A stretch of 64,000 bases of DNA from Patescibacteria group bacterium UBA3466 (GCA_002378195.1 DFRJ01000002.1:129054-193053), one strand, 5' to 3'; shown: positions 1 to 9,961, counted from the first letter of the stretch. A program made the numbers and translations. The notes: generated from the sequence alone by a model not told the origin.

Positions 1-227
1 GAGAACAATTACTGAAATTAGCCAAGAGCAAGCTGGAAGATGCTCGCATCACGGTGCGGAGTATTCGTGATGATGCTATGAAAGCGATCGATAAAGAGGA
101 GAAAGATGGTGACATCAGCGAAGATGAAAAATTCACCCAAAAAGAAGCTGTGCAAAAGCAAATCGACGGAGCGAACAAAGAGCTGGAAGAGTTATTTGCT
201 AGCAAAGAGAGCGAACTAAAACAATAA
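1..227 (+). CDS. frr: Ribosome recycling factor, 3' part (truncated by window edge)
   Basis: Frame from nt 3 reads EQLLKLAKSKLEDARITVRSIRDDAMKAIDKEEKDGDISEDEKF...KELEELFASKESELKQ*, a typical RRF C-terminus; rseP follows. Confidence 0.93.
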   Translation, partial: EQLLKLAKSKLEDARITVRSIRDDAMKAIDKEEKDGDISEDEKFTQKEAVQKQIDGANKELEELFASKESELKQ

Positions 228-231
228 GAAC

Positions 232-1350
232 ATGGCTGTCCTACTCTCTATTTTAGTTTCGGCTGCCATCTTCCTATTAGTTATTTTTTTCCTGGTGTTG
301 GTACATGAATGGGGTCACTTTATCGTAGCTAAAAAGACCGGTATGAGAGTGGATGAGTTTGCGATCGGCTTTCCGCCAAAGATTTTTGGTATCAAAAAAG
401 GGGAGACAGAATACACTTTTAACTGGCTCCCAATTGGTGGCTTCGTCCGTATTTTCGGGGAGAATGGAGAAGATAAGTTGACCGGAGCTGATCACAATGC
501 CGACTCACGATCCTTCAACTCAAGACCGCGGTGGGCCCAAGCACTAGTGCTAATTGCCGGAGTGGTGATGAATGTTATCACTGCTTGGTTCTTGTTTAGT
601 ATTGTCTTGATGATGGGTGTGCCGACTGAGGTAGAAGAGAGTCTGGCTACCGCCGAGGCGGACCTGTATGTAACTGGCGTTTTACCTGATAGTCCAGCTG
701 CTAGTTTGCCAGTGGGTTCAGTAATTACACAGGTGTCATCCGGAGATGTGACGATTAATGATCCGTTACCGAGTGAGTTTAGTAAAATCGTGGTGGAGGC
801 TGGAGCAGAGCCACTGACCATATCGTATGAGGTTGGTGGCGAAACTGCCAAAGTCGATCTGGTGGCTGAACAAGGTTTGATAGAAGATGAGCCCGACCGA
901 TTCGCGATTGGCGTGGCCTATGCTCTAGTGGAAATGGAATCTTTGCCGGTTCATCAGGCTGTTGTTGGTGCTATCGGGGTGACTTATGATCGATTGGGTG
1001 AAGTAGTGGTTGGTTTTGGATCTTTGGTGAGTGACATGTTTGTGGGGGAGGCTGATTTATCAAATGTCGCAGGTCCAATCGGTATCGGAGCGATGGTGGA
1101 TGATGTTGCCTCACTTGGTCTAGCTAGTTTACTAACTTTCACTGCCATTATCTCTCTCAATCTAGCAGTGATTAATTTACTGCCATTTCCAGCGCTCGAC
1201 GGTGGTCGATTGTTGTTTGTATTGATTGAAGCGATTACCAGACGAGATATTCCACCCGTCTGGGCTGGTCGACTTAATTTGATCGGATTTGCATTATTAA
1301 TGGTATTAATGATAGTGGTAACAGTAAATGATATCTTAAGGCTTACTTAA
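232..1350 (+). CDS. rseP: RIP metalloprotease RseP (M50, PDZ)
   Basis: HEWGH zinc motif, LPIGGFVRI, NLLPFPALDGG motif. Confidence 0.95.
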   Translation: MAVLLSILVSAAIFLLVIFFLVLVHEWGHFIVAKKTGMRVDEFAIGFPPKIFGIKKGETEYTFNWLPIGGFVRIFGENGEDKLTGADHNADSRSFNSRPRWAQALVLIAGVVMNVITAWFLFSIVLMMGVPTEVEESLATAEADLYVTGVLPDSPAASLPVGSVITQVSSGDVTINDPLPSEFSKIVVEAGAEPLTISYEVGGETAKVDLVAEQGLIEDEPDRFAIGVAYALVEMESLPVHQAVVGAIGVTYDRLGEVVVGFGSLVSDMFVGEADLSNVAGPIGIGAMVDDVASLGLASLLTFTAIISLNLAVINLLPFPALDGGRLLFVLIEAITRRDIPPVWAGRLNLIGFALLMVLMIVVTVNDILRLT

Positions 1351-1358
1351 ACTAATTT

Positions 1359-2609
1359 ATGCGACAAACAAAACTTTTCACCAAAACTCAAAAAGAAGCC
1401 CCTTCAGATGAAGAGGCGTTGAATGCGCAGCTTCTTATTCGAGCTGGCTATATTCATAAGGAAATGGCAGGTGTGTATCAATTGCTCCCACTTGGTTTGA
1501 TGGTGGTGCAGAAAATCAAGCAAATTGTAAGAGAGGAGATGAGTGATCTTGGTACTAACGAAATGCTGGCCACTAGTTTGCAACCTAAGGAATTGTGGCA
1601 ACGTACTGATCGTTGGGATGATGAGAAGGTTGATGTTTGGTTTAAGTCAGCACTGCAAGCTGGAGGTGAGGTTGGCTTTGGGTGGAGTCACGAAGAGCCG
1701 CTCGCCAACATGATGAAAAATCATATTTCAAGTTATAAAGATCTACCGCTTGGTATCTATCAATTCCAAAATAAGTTGCGTAATGAAGTGCGGGCCAAGA
1801 GCGGCATGATGCGTGGGCGTGAGTTTATTATGAAAGACGCTTACTCATTTGCCGCCACTGAAGAACAGCATGAAGACTTCTATACTCGCAGCCAAACCGC
1901 TTACATGAATGTATTTAAGCGCCTGGGAATTGGCGACGACACTTACATGACCTACGCAGCTGGCGGCGCTTTTACTGAGTTTTCTCATGAGTTCCAAACT
2001 GTCTGCGAAGCCGGTGAAGACGTGACGTATATTAACAAAGAAAAGGGTGTGGCCATCAACGAAGAGGTGGTAGATACGGCGGACCTTGAAGCGCTTGGAG
2101 TGACCAAGGATGAACTAGTGGCTACTAAGACTGCTGAGGTGGGAAATATCTTTAACTTTGGGCGCAGTAAAGCGGAAGAAGTCGGGTTATTTTTCAAAGA
2201 TGAAAATGGTGAGAGAACGCCGGTGTGGATGGGTTCATACGGTATTGGTATTACGCGGCTAATGGGAGTGTTGGTAGAAAAGATGGCGGATGAAAAGGGG
2301 ATTGTCTGGCCAGAGAGTGTGGCCCCATATAAAGTGCACTTGGTGGCTTTGAATACCGATGATCAAGAAATTTCTGACTGGGCTGACGGAGTGTATTCTA
2401 GTCTTAAAGACCAAGGTATTACAGTTTTGTATGACGACCGCGATGCACGTCCGGGTGAAAAATTTGCTGATAGTGATCTGCTTGGCTTGCCGTACCGAGT
2501 GGTGGTAAGTAAGAAAGGGAAGGAAGCGGGCACCTTTGAGGTGGTCACTAGAGCTACTGGAGAAGTGCGTAATCTGACCGAAGAAGAACTGTACGCAGAT
2601 TTCTCTTAA
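1359..2609 (+). CDS. proS: Prolyl-tRNA synthetase (short form, apparently without INS editing domain)
   Basis: QLLIRAGYI, RGREFIMKDAYSF, GSYGIGITR, anticodon-binding domain; 416 aa. Confidence 0.92.
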   Translation: MRQTKLFTKTQKEAPSDEEALNAQLLIRAGYIHKEMAGVYQLLPLGLMVVQKIKQIVREEMSDLGTNEMLATSLQPKELWQRTDRWDDEKVDVWFKSALQAGGEVGFGWSHEEPLANMMKNHISSYKDLPLGIYQFQNKLRNEVRAKSGMMRGREFIMKDAYSFAATEEQHEDFYTRSQTAYMNVFKRLGIGDDTYMTYAAGGAFTEFSHEFQTVCEAGEDVTYINKEKGVAINEEVVDTADLEALGVTKDELVATKTAEVGNIFNFGRSKAEEVGLFFKDENGERTPVWMGSYGIGITRLMGVLVEKMADEKGIVWPESVAPYKVHLVALNTDDQEISDWADGVYSSLKDQGITVLYDDRDARPGEKFADSDLLGLPYRVVVSKKGKEAGTFEVVTRATGEVRNLTEEELYADFS

Positions 2610-2615
2610 TAGTTG

Positions 2616-2651
2616 AAAAAGCCGGTGAAGCAAAGCTTCACCGGCTTTTTT
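2616..2651 (+). terminator. Intrinsic terminator after proS
   Basis: aaaaa-GCCGGTGAAGC-aaa-GCTTCACCGGC-tttttt. Confidence 0.9.
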
Positions 2652-2699
2652 GTTATGTTACGTGAATTTATATACGGTGAGGAGCTAGTGTCTTAGAGG

Positions 2700-2730
2700 T
2701 TGACAAAACATCTTAAATATTTAGTATTCT
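2700..2730 (+). promoter_or_regulatory. Sigma70-type promoter of ORFan cassette
   Basis: TTGACA at 2700 with TAGTAT (16-bp spacer) or TATTCT (19-bp spacer). Confidence 0.6.
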
Positions 2731-2777
2731 AGGTCAGTGTTCTTTAATATGTATATTTGCCAAACAAGGAGGCAATA

Positions 2778-3527
2778 ATGGTTGATTATCACTCTGAAGA
2801 GCTGTGGAATAATAAAAAAGGAGAGTTTGAACTTAATCCTAATTACATCCCTGGTTGCAACAGGACGAGATTAGTGCAAAGACTTAAGCGTCCGCGAGCT
2901 TCTGGCATGTTCTCATTTGGAGGAGCTGGTTATATCAACGGTGGTTTTACCGACGAAGGCTGGAAAATAGTGAAAGAACTGTGTTCATTTGCGTATATGG
3001 GCAGCGCAGAATTTGAGTTTGGAGCAGTACCTGAGGCATTCGAAAAAATGTCTGGAAACTATGACCAGCTTGAAGGGTATGTTGTTGATATCATCGGCAA
3101 CCCTTATTTTCCCTTTGGGTTTAGAAATAAAATCGGAGCGCTTGATTACCAGGTTAAGGAAGATTTATCTGAGCGTCACGTGCTCGAAGGGTCAGTCTTT
3201 GTGATAGCGCCTAGTGCTCTTCATGCGCATGTATGTGAGACTATTAAGACTCTTGCTCTTGATGAATATGCCTCACTTAAAGAGAACTCAGAATTGCAGC
3301 AAGTATTTTTCATTAACCCTCAATGGGAAGAGGCGTGTGTAAGTAGCGACACCTGTGGCTGGCTCGAGCTCGACAACGGCTTCATGTTCTTTAAAGATAG
3401 AGGGATGTGGCAAAATTTTTGCCAGTTGTTTGAGGTGGATATCTCAATGATTCCTGATGATGTAAAAGAGGTCGATTTCAGTGCGGTTGATGCTGAGATC
3501 CAGACACTGCTTGGACAAGCTGGATAA
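2778..3527 (+). CDS. Hypothetical protein (YMGSAEFEFG motif)
   Basis: Long ORF; AAGGAGG Shine-Dalgarno precedes ATG 2778; own promoter and terminator. Confidence 0.8.
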   Translation: MVDYHSEELWNNKKGEFELNPNYIPGCNRTRLVQRLKRPRASGMFSFGGAGYINGGFTDEGWKIVKELCSFAYMGSAEFEFGAVPEAFEKMSGNYDQLEGYVVDIIGNPYFPFGFRNKIGALDYQVKEDLSERHVLEGSVFVIAPSALHAHVCETIKTLALDEYASLKENSELQQVFFINPQWEEACVSSDTCGWLELDNGFMFFKDRGMWQNFCQLFEVDISMIPDDVKEVDFSAVDAEIQTLLGQAG

Positions 3528-3539
3528 CTAGGAGTGTCC

Positions 3540-3570
3540 GCCGGTGAAGCTTCGCTTCACCGGCTTTTTT
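3540..3570 (+). terminator. Intrinsic terminator, near-copy of the proS terminator
   Basis: GCCGGTGAAGC-ttc-GCTTCACCGGC-tttttt. Confidence 0.9.
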
Positions 3571-3605
3571 GTTATTCCGGTCTATTCATAGTAAAATACC
3601 CCTAA

Positions 3606-4676
3606 ATGAACGTATTTTCGCGACAATTAAGCGCGCTACTTTCAGCTGTATCAACTGATATGGCTATTGATCTGGGTACTGCCAACACACTGGTGTATGT
3701 GAAAGGAAAGGGGATTGTGCTCAACGAGCCGACCATCGTGGCGATTAATAAAAAAACTGGTCAGTTGGTGGCGGTAGGAAATGAAGCAAAAGCAATGCAG
3801 GGGCGTACTCCTGGCCATATTGATGTGGTACGACCATTGGTGGATGGAGTGATTTCTGACTTTGAAGTAGCTGAAGAAATGCTTGCGTATCTCATTGGAA
3901 AAGTTCGAAATGAAATGAAGACATTTATTGCTCCACGTATGTTGATCGGGGTTCCGTCTGGTATTACCAACGTAGAAATGCGAGCGGCTCAAGATGCCGC
4001 CAAGAATGCTGGAGCTCGAGATGTATTTTTAATTGAAGAACCGATGGCCGCTGCCATCGGGGCCAAGTTACCGATCAGAAAAGCGGTGGGTAGCATGATT
4101 ATTGATATTGGCGGTGGTACCACAGATATTGCGGTCATTTCATTAAATGGATTGGTGGTGTCAAAAAATCTGAAAATTGCTGGTGATCACCTTAACGCTT
4201 CGATAGTGTCATACATCAGAGATCAATTTAAGGTTTATGTGGGTGAGAAAACAGCTGAGGATGCCAAGATTGCATTGGCTTCTATTTCACAGTCTGAGGC
4301 CGGAAAAGAGCTGGTGGCACGTGGTCGTGATGTGGTGACAGGTCTGCCACGTGAAGTGGTGATTACTGACACTGATGTACGCGATGCGGTCGCGGGGCAG
4401 GTCGATTCGATTGTTGAAAATGTTCGAAATGTACTAGAAATCACTCCACCTGAAGTGTTGTCAGATATTATGCAAAGGGGCATTCATTTGTCTGGTGGCG
4501 GAGCTTTGATTCCCGGCTTGGCACCCTTGCTTGAGCATGCTCTTGAGGTGCCGGTCGTGGTGGTGCCCGACCCGCTACGAGCAGTGATACGAGGAGCGGG
4601 ATTAGTGATAGAAAATCTTGAGGAGTATAAAGAAATTCTAATTGATCATGAAGACGCAATCGCGACTCAGTTCTAA
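3606..4676 (+). CDS. mreB: Rod shape-determining protein MreB
   Basis: IDLGTANT, IEEPMAAAIGA, DIGGGTTD, SGGGAL motifs. Confidence 0.97.
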   Translation: MNVFSRQLSALLSAVSTDMAIDLGTANTLVYVKGKGIVLNEPTIVAINKKTGQLVAVGNEAKAMQGRTPGHIDVVRPLVDGVISDFEVAEEMLAYLIGKVRNEMKTFIAPRMLIGVPSGITNVEMRAAQDAAKNAGARDVFLIEEPMAAAIGAKLPIRKAVGSMIIDIGGGTTDIAVISLNGLVVSKNLKIAGDHLNASIVSYIRDQFKVYVGEKTAEDAKIALASISQSEAGKELVARGRDVVTGLPREVVITDTDVRDAVAGQVDSIVENVRNVLEITPPEVLSDIMQRGIHLSGGGALIPGLAPLLEHALEVPVVVVPDPLRAVIRGAGLVIENLEEYKEILIDHEDAIATQF

Positions 4677-5556
4677 AAAGAAGCCACACTTAAAAGTAAT
4701 TTTGATTGCTCTTCTGGTGGTTGGTTTAGGCATGTTGCTGCCCAAAGTGGTTTCTGTAACGGCCGCTATAGTTACTTACCCTGCTCACGCTATAAATAAT
4801 TGGATAAATGATTCCTCGAGTTTAGTTCCATCATTTATCAGGGATCGACGTGATTTAGAGAATCAAATTACAGAGTTGGAAAATCAATTGGTAGTTGCGG
4901 CTAGTCTCGACGTTACACAGCGTCGTTTGATTGAAGAGAATACGCGATTGCGACAACTGCTCGGAAAAGAGGATGAGGAAAGAACTTTGGCGGCAGTGAT
5001 CGCTCGCCCATCTGAATTGCCGTTTGATTTATTGCAGATTGACCGAGGAAGTAATCAAGGAATTGAGGTGGGGGCACCAGTGTTTGTGGGCAAGGATACG
5101 GTGCTGGGTTTGGTGGTTTATACTGCACCTGAGTACGCTTTTGTCGAATTGATCACCACACCAGGTTTTGAAGCCACGGCTTTTATATCGGGGCCGAATG
5201 TAGCGGTTGGACTTGAAGGAGTTGGTGGCGGTGTGGCGCGAGTGCGGGTACCGCAGGGGATACCTTTGACTACCGGTCAGCTGGTTTATCTGCCAAGTGT
5301 TGAGCCCGGTCTGTTTGGTCGAATTTCTTACGTTGAGAATGAACCTACTCAGCCCGAGCAGTATGGTTATGTGACTCCAGACGTGCCGTTGTCGGGTCTG
5401 TATCGGGTAGGGGTAGGTAAGCTGTCTCAGATATCCGAGTCGCCAGAGCAAATTGATGTAAACATTCTTGAATTGATGAAGAGTAAGTTGAAAGTCGATA
5501 ACGTAACAGTCGGCACAGTCGGTACTACCAGCAGTTCAACAATCGAGGAAATATAA
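4648..5556 (+). CDS. mreC: Rod shape-determining protein MreC
   Basis: N-terminal TM, coiled coil ENTRLRQLL, IDRGSNQGIEVGAPV; directly after mreB. Confidence 0.88.
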   Translation: MKTQSRLSSKKKPHLKVILIALLVVGLGMLLPKVVSVTAAIVTYPAHAINNWINDSSSLVPSFIRDRRDLENQITELENQLVVAASLDVTQRRLIEENTRLRQLLGKEDEERTLAAVIARPSELPFDLLQIDRGSNQGIEVGAPVFVGKDTVLGLVVYTAPEYAFVELITTPGFEATAFISGPNVAVGLEGVGGGVARVRVPQGIPLTTGQLVYLPSVEPGLFGRISYVENEPTQPEQYGYVTPDVPLSGLYRVGVGKLSQISESPEQIDVNILELMKSKLKVDNVTVGTVGTTSSSTIEEI

Positions 5557-5558
5557 TT

Positions 5559-5813
5559 ATGAAGAAACCACTTATACTGCTACTTATCACTTTATCTATC
5601 ATGCAAAATTGGCTATTTTTCGCCTTTGTCTTGGTTGCCTTCTATAGTTACCGATACGGATCCGGAATACTAATTCCAGTGGCTATCTTGTTGGATGGTT
5701 ACTACGGTAATTATTATCATGTTCCTTATCTCAGTCTGATGGCGATTGTTTGGTATGGCTTTGTTTCTTTTGCTTGTTCGAAAGTGCTGTCTTTAAGATC
5801 GATCACACCATGA
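5559..5813 (+). CDS. Small membrane protein in the mreD position
   Basis: 84 aa, hydrophobic, lies between mreC and PBP2; ATGA overlap with next gene. Confidence 0.7.
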   Translation: MKKPLILLLITLSIMQNWLFFAFVLVAFYSYRYGSGILIPVAILLDGYYGNYYHVPYLSLMAIVWYGFVSFACSKVLSLRSITP

Positions 5814-7501
5814 GTAAATTGAGAAATCGATACACTAATCAGGTGGATGTGGAAGAGGTCTTGCTCGATGCCTCTAATATTCCGGAGTTTAATCGTGCCA
5901 GACTCGAAGGTAAGCGAGAGAGACCGATCACCAAGCGTAGTGTCTACACCATCGGAGTGCTATTTGTGGTGGTGGCCATATCCTTCATGGGGAAGATTTT
6001 TGAGCTACAAATAGTCAAGGGAGAAGAGTATCGCACTATAGCGGAAAGGAATAGTGTAGATCAGGCTCTAATTATCGCTGAAAGAGGGGTGGTATATGAC
6101 GCTAGAGGCGAAATGTTAGCCTGGAACGAAGTGGATGATACGGGCGAATATGATTTTCCGATCCGTGCCTACACCGACCGCCTAGGTCTAGGGCAGGTGT
6201 TGGGTTATGTAAGTTATCCCAAAAAAGATGGTCGCGGTTTCTTTTTCCGTACCGATTACTTGGGTCGCAGTGGAGTAGAACTAGCATTTGACGACGACCT
6301 GAAAGGAGTGAATGGGAGAAAGATTGTAGAAGTGGATGCGCTAAATGGGGTAATTAGTGAATATGCCGTCGAGTCACCGATAGAAGGCGGGGCAATCGAG
6401 TTGTCGATTGATGCTGAGTTGTCTGAGGTGATGTACGAAATTATCGCTACGTCGACCGCGCAGGCTAGTTTTCGAAGTGGAGCCGGTGCAATTATGAATA
6501 TCCATACCGGTGAAATCATCGCTCTCACCAGCTTTCCATCCTTTGATCCTGAGGTGATGGCTGACGGTGATGATATAGAGCTGATTCAGCAGTATAACGA
6601 AGATGATCGCTTTCCGTTCTTGAACAAAGTGGTGGGGGGAGCTTATACACCTGGTTCGATTGTGAAACCATTTGTAGCTTACGCAGCGCTTGAAGAGGAA
6701 ATCATTTCTCCTGATAAGACAATAGTCAGTACTGGTGAGATCGTGATCCCAAATCCGTACAACCCTGGCAACCCGTCGATATTTAGAGACTGGCGAGCTC
6801 ATGGCAAGATGACTATGCGAGAAGCAATTGCCTTCTCATCCAACGTTTATTTTTATATTGTCGGCGGTGGATTTGATGGTCAGGAGGGGATTGGTATCAC
6901 CAAAATGGCTGAAAATTACCGGCGTTTTGGTATGGGTGAACTGACGGGTATTAATATTGCTGAGGAGCAAGCTGGGGTGGTGCCTGATCCAGATTGGAAG
7001 CGGGAGGTGTTCGATGATGATTGGCGTCTGGGAGACACTTACTTTACTGCTATTGGGCAGTTTGGTTTCTTGACCACCCCGATACAAATGCTGCGTGCTT
7101 ATGCAGCGATGTCGAATGGTGGTTACTTGGTTGAGCCGCATGTAATTGCCGGGCGTCAGGGCGAAAAAGAAGATATCAATATTGATGCGGCAAAAATGCA
7201 GATTGTCCATGAGGGCATGAGGAAGACGGTTAATTATCCAGGAGGGACAGCCCGTGCTTTAGAACGTAATGATGTCGCAATTGCCGCTAAATCAGGAACT
7301 GCTGAAGTGGGAGCCGGAAACGCCTTTGTAAACTCTTGGGCGGCTGGTTTTTGGCCTTATGAGGAGCCTGAGTATGCTTTTATACTAATGATGGATCGAG
7401 CACCTCGGTCTAATGCGCTTGGTGCCACGAGAATTATGGGTGATGTGGTGGAGTGGATGAGTGAGAACCGCCCTGAGTATCTTGGTATTGAAGAGATATA
7501 A
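5810..7501 (+). CDS. mrdA: Penicillin-binding protein 2 (class B transpeptidase)
   Basis: PGSIVK (SxxK), SSN (SxN), KSGTAE motifs; mre operon context. Confidence 0.92.
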   Translation: MSKLRNRYTNQVDVEEVLLDASNIPEFNRARLEGKRERPITKRSVYTIGVLFVVVAISFMGKIFELQIVKGEEYRTIAERNSVDQALIIAERGVVYDARGEMLAWNEVDDTGEYDFPIRAYTDRLGLGQVLGYVSYPKKDGRGFFFRTDYLGRSGVELAFDDDLKGVNGRKIVEVDALNGVISEYAVESPIEGGAIELSIDAELSEVMYEIIATSTAQASFRSGAGAIMNIHTGEIIALTSFPSFDPEVMADGDDIELIQQYNEDDRFPFLNKVVGGAYTPGSIVKPFVAYAALEEEIISPDKTIVSTGEIVIPNPYNPGNPSIFRDWRAHGKMTMREAIAFSSNVYFYIVGGGFDGQEGIGITKMAENYRRFGMGELTGINIAEEQAGVVPDPDWKREVFDDDWRLGDTYFTAIGQFGFLTTPIQMLRAYAAMSNGGYLVEPHVIAGRQGEKEDINIDAAKMQIVHEGMRKTVNYPGGTARALERNDVAIAAKSGTAEVGAGNAFVNSWAAGFWPYEEPEYAFILMMDRAPRSNALGATRIMGDVVEWMSENRPEYLGIEEI

Positions 7502-7512
7502 ATTGAGTAAAT

Positions 7513-7848
7513 ATGAAATTACATAACAAACGAGCAAAAAAACCAGGCATGAATACCTGGGGCGAATTAAAAGGAATGGATATTAGGATTAATTTTGGTG
7601 TGATAGATAAAGGAGATTCGTTTCCAGAGGAGGCATTGCACTATCACAAAAGCCGAAATACATATTTTTGTGTAATTACCGGAAGTTTGCAAATTGAAGT
7701 TGAAGGACAAATCATAGAGGTTACAAATGAAGCTATGCTACAGGTTTTTCCGAATGAGAAGTATCGAGTCGTGTCAGTAGGTGACGATGGTGCCACGTAT
7801 GTGGTGGTCGGAGATCACGCTGAAGCTGATAAAGTAACGCTAGATTAG
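7513..7848 (+). CDS. Cupin-domain protein
   Basis: HYH...YFCVITGSLQIEVEGQ...PNEKYRV cupin pattern. Confidence 0.7.
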   Translation: MKLHNKRAKKPGMNTWGELKGMDIRINFGVIDKGDSFPEEALHYHKSRNTYFCVITGSLQIEVEGQIIEVTNEAMLQVFPNEKYRVVSVGDDGATYVVVGDHAEADKVTLD

Positions 7849-7855
7849 TCCTCAT

Positions 7856-7883
7856 TTGACCGCGCCACTTACATAAGTATAAT
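7856..7883 (+). promoter_or_regulatory. greA promoter
   Basis: TTGACC-16 bp-TATAAT. Confidence 0.7.
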
Positions 7884-7902
7884 TGAAGGAAATTTTTAAC
7901 AT

Positions 7903-8373
7903 ATGAATGATACACAAGCTTTCCTAACTCCCGAAAAGTTCGACGAACTGAAAAAGGAACTGGACCAACTGAAGACAGTAAGAAGAAAAGAAGTTGCTGA
8001 ATCGCTAGAATACGCTCGTAGCCTGGGAGATCTCTCAGAAAACGCTGAGTACCAAGAAGCTCGCGATATGCAAGCTGCTATCGAGGAGCGAATCGGTTAC
8101 CTAGAAAAGACCATTAAAGAAGCCAAGATTGTCTCACACGACAAGCATGGTGACGTAGTTGGATTGGGGTCAATTGTCACTATTCAGAAAGATAAAGACA
8201 AGGATAAGAAAGAATACACTATTGTCGGTTCTGATGAAGCAAACATTCATGATCGAAAGCTTTCATACCTTTCACCGCTCGGTGAAGCGTTGATGGGGAA
8301 GAAGAAGGGTGACGAGTTTGAGTTTGAGACTCCAGCTGGGAAGCAGAAATACAAGGTGATGAAAGTAGCGTAA
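7903..8373 (+). CDS. greA: Transcription elongation factor GreA
   Basis: GDLSENAEY, SPLGEAL motifs. Confidence 0.97.
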   Translation: MNDTQAFLTPEKFDELKKELDQLKTVRRKEVAESLEYARSLGDLSENAEYQEARDMQAAIEERIGYLEKTIKEAKIVSHDKHGDVVGLGSIVTIQKDKDKDKKEYTIVGSDEANIHDRKLSYLSPLGEALMGKKKGDEFEFETPAGKQKYKVMKVA

Positions 8374-8374
8374 T

Positions 8375-8417
8375 AAAAAGAAAAGGCCGGCTCCTACGGA
8401 GCCGGCCTTTTCTTTTT
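8375..8417 (+). terminator. Intrinsic terminator after greA
   Basis: aaaaagaaaaggccggctcc-tac-ggagccggccttttcttttt perfect stem. Confidence 0.9.
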
Positions 8418-8443
8418 GCCTGTATCACGCTAGGATATCAAGC

Positions 8444-9898
8444 ATGTCAAACATAGAAGACCTCCGAGGAGATAGAGAACAAAAGATCAATAAGCTGCGT
8501 GAAGCAGGGATAAACCCGTACCCCAGCGCTACCAACCGAACACATACAGTGGCTGATGTGATCGGAGATTTTGAAGCACTAGAATCTAGTCAGGAAGTAG
8601 TTACCATCACCGGGCGCATGATGGCTTTTCGTGAGCACGGCGCGATTGCTTTTGTTGATATTCAAGATGGAACCGGCAAGATTCAAGGCTTCTGTTCAAA
8701 GGAAGAGATGGGAGAAGACAACTTCGACTCTCTTCTTGGATTTATGAGTACTGCCGATTTTATTGAAGTGAAGGGGGTGGCGTATGTCACAAAGCGAGGC
8801 ACTCAAGCAGTGTTGGTTAAAGAGTGGCGCCCACTTGCCAAAGCGCTGCAAAATATCCCAACTGAGCACTTTGGTATCAAGGATGAAGATGAGCGTCTTA
8901 GAAAGCGCTACCTCGACCTGCTCTTAAGTGAGGAGCAGCGTGATCTTTTTGTGAAGAAAGCCAAGTTCTGGGATGTGACCAGAAGCTTCATGAAAGAGCA
9001 TGGTTTCCTAGAGGTCGAGACACCATTTATTGAAACCACTACCGGTGGAGCTGAAGCGCGTCCGTTTGCTACACATCACAACGATTTTGATCTCGATGTC
9101 TTCATGCGTATCTCAGTGGGAGAACTGTGGCAGAAACGCCTGATGGCCGGAGGCTTCGATAAGACCTTTGAGGTGGGGAAAGCGTTTCGAAATGAAGGAT
9201 CGAGCCCAGAGCACTTGCAAGAGTTTACCAATATGGAGTTCTACTGGGCCTACGCCAACTACGAAGATGGTATGAGGCTGGTGCGCGATCTTTATATCAG
9301 AATTGCTCAGGAAGTGTTTGGAACTACAAAATTTAACGTACGTGATCACGAGTTTGATCTAGCGGGTGAGTGGCAGCTGATTGATTATGTGGAAGAGGTT
9401 GAGAACAAGACCGGCGTCAATGTGATTACTGCGTCAGAAGATGAAATGAAAGCGAAGCTGGAAGAACTGGGTGTACAGTACGAGGGTGACAACAAGGAAC
9501 GACTCACTGACACTTTGTGGAAGTACTGTCGGAAGCAAATTTCTGGCCCGGCCTTTCTGGTCCACCATCCAAAGTTAGTAGCGCCACTGGCGAAGGTGCG
9601 AGAGGATGGGGTGACGGTAGAGCGCTTCCAGCCAATCATTGCCGGTAGCGAAGTGGGTAATGGCTACAGCGAGCTGAATGACCCAGTCGATCAGCGAGAA
9701 CGCTTTGAATTACAGCAAAAACTAATTGAATCAGGAGATGAAGAAGCTATGATGCCCGACTGGGAGTTTGTCGAAATGCTTGAGCACGGAATGCCGCCAA
9801 CTTGTGGCTTTGGCTTCGGTGAGCGACTCTTCTCATTTTTAGCGGGGCTACCAATCAGAGAGACTCAACTTTTCCCACTAGTAAAGCCAAAAGACTAG
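8444..9898 (+). CDS. lysS: Lysyl-tRNA synthetase (class II)
   Basis: RYLDL, GGAEARPF, FRNEG, YSELNDP, GMPPTCGFGFG. Confidence 0.97.
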   Translation: MSNIEDLRGDREQKINKLREAGINPYPSATNRTHTVADVIGDFEALESSQEVVTITGRMMAFREHGAIAFVDIQDGTGKIQGFCSKEEMGEDNFDSLLGFMSTADFIEVKGVAYVTKRGTQAVLVKEWRPLAKALQNIPTEHFGIKDEDERLRKRYLDLLLSEEQRDLFVKKAKFWDVTRSFMKEHGFLEVETPFIETTTGGAEARPFATHHNDFDLDVFMRISVGELWQKRLMAGGFDKTFEVGKAFRNEGSSPEHLQEFTNMEFYWAYANYEDGMRLVRDLYIRIAQEVFGTTKFNVRDHEFDLAGEWQLIDYVEEVENKTGVNVITASEDEMKAKLEELGVQYEGDNKERLTDTLWKYCRKQISGPAFLVHHPKLVAPLAKVREDGVTVERFQPIIAGSEVGNGYSELNDPVDQRERFELQQKLIESGDEEAMMPDWEFVEMLEHGMPPTCGFGFGERLFSFLAGLPIRETQLFPLVKPKD

Positions 9899-9901
9899 AG
9901 T

Positions 9902-9929
9902 TTGACAAAACAATTTTTGTACGTATAAT
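9902..9929 (+). promoter_or_regulatory. Consensus sigma70 promoter of ORFan cassette
   Basis: TTGACA-16 bp-TATAAT. Confidence 0.8.
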
Positions 9930-9961
9930 CTTAATAAACACTAAGTACTTTGGAGGTAACT

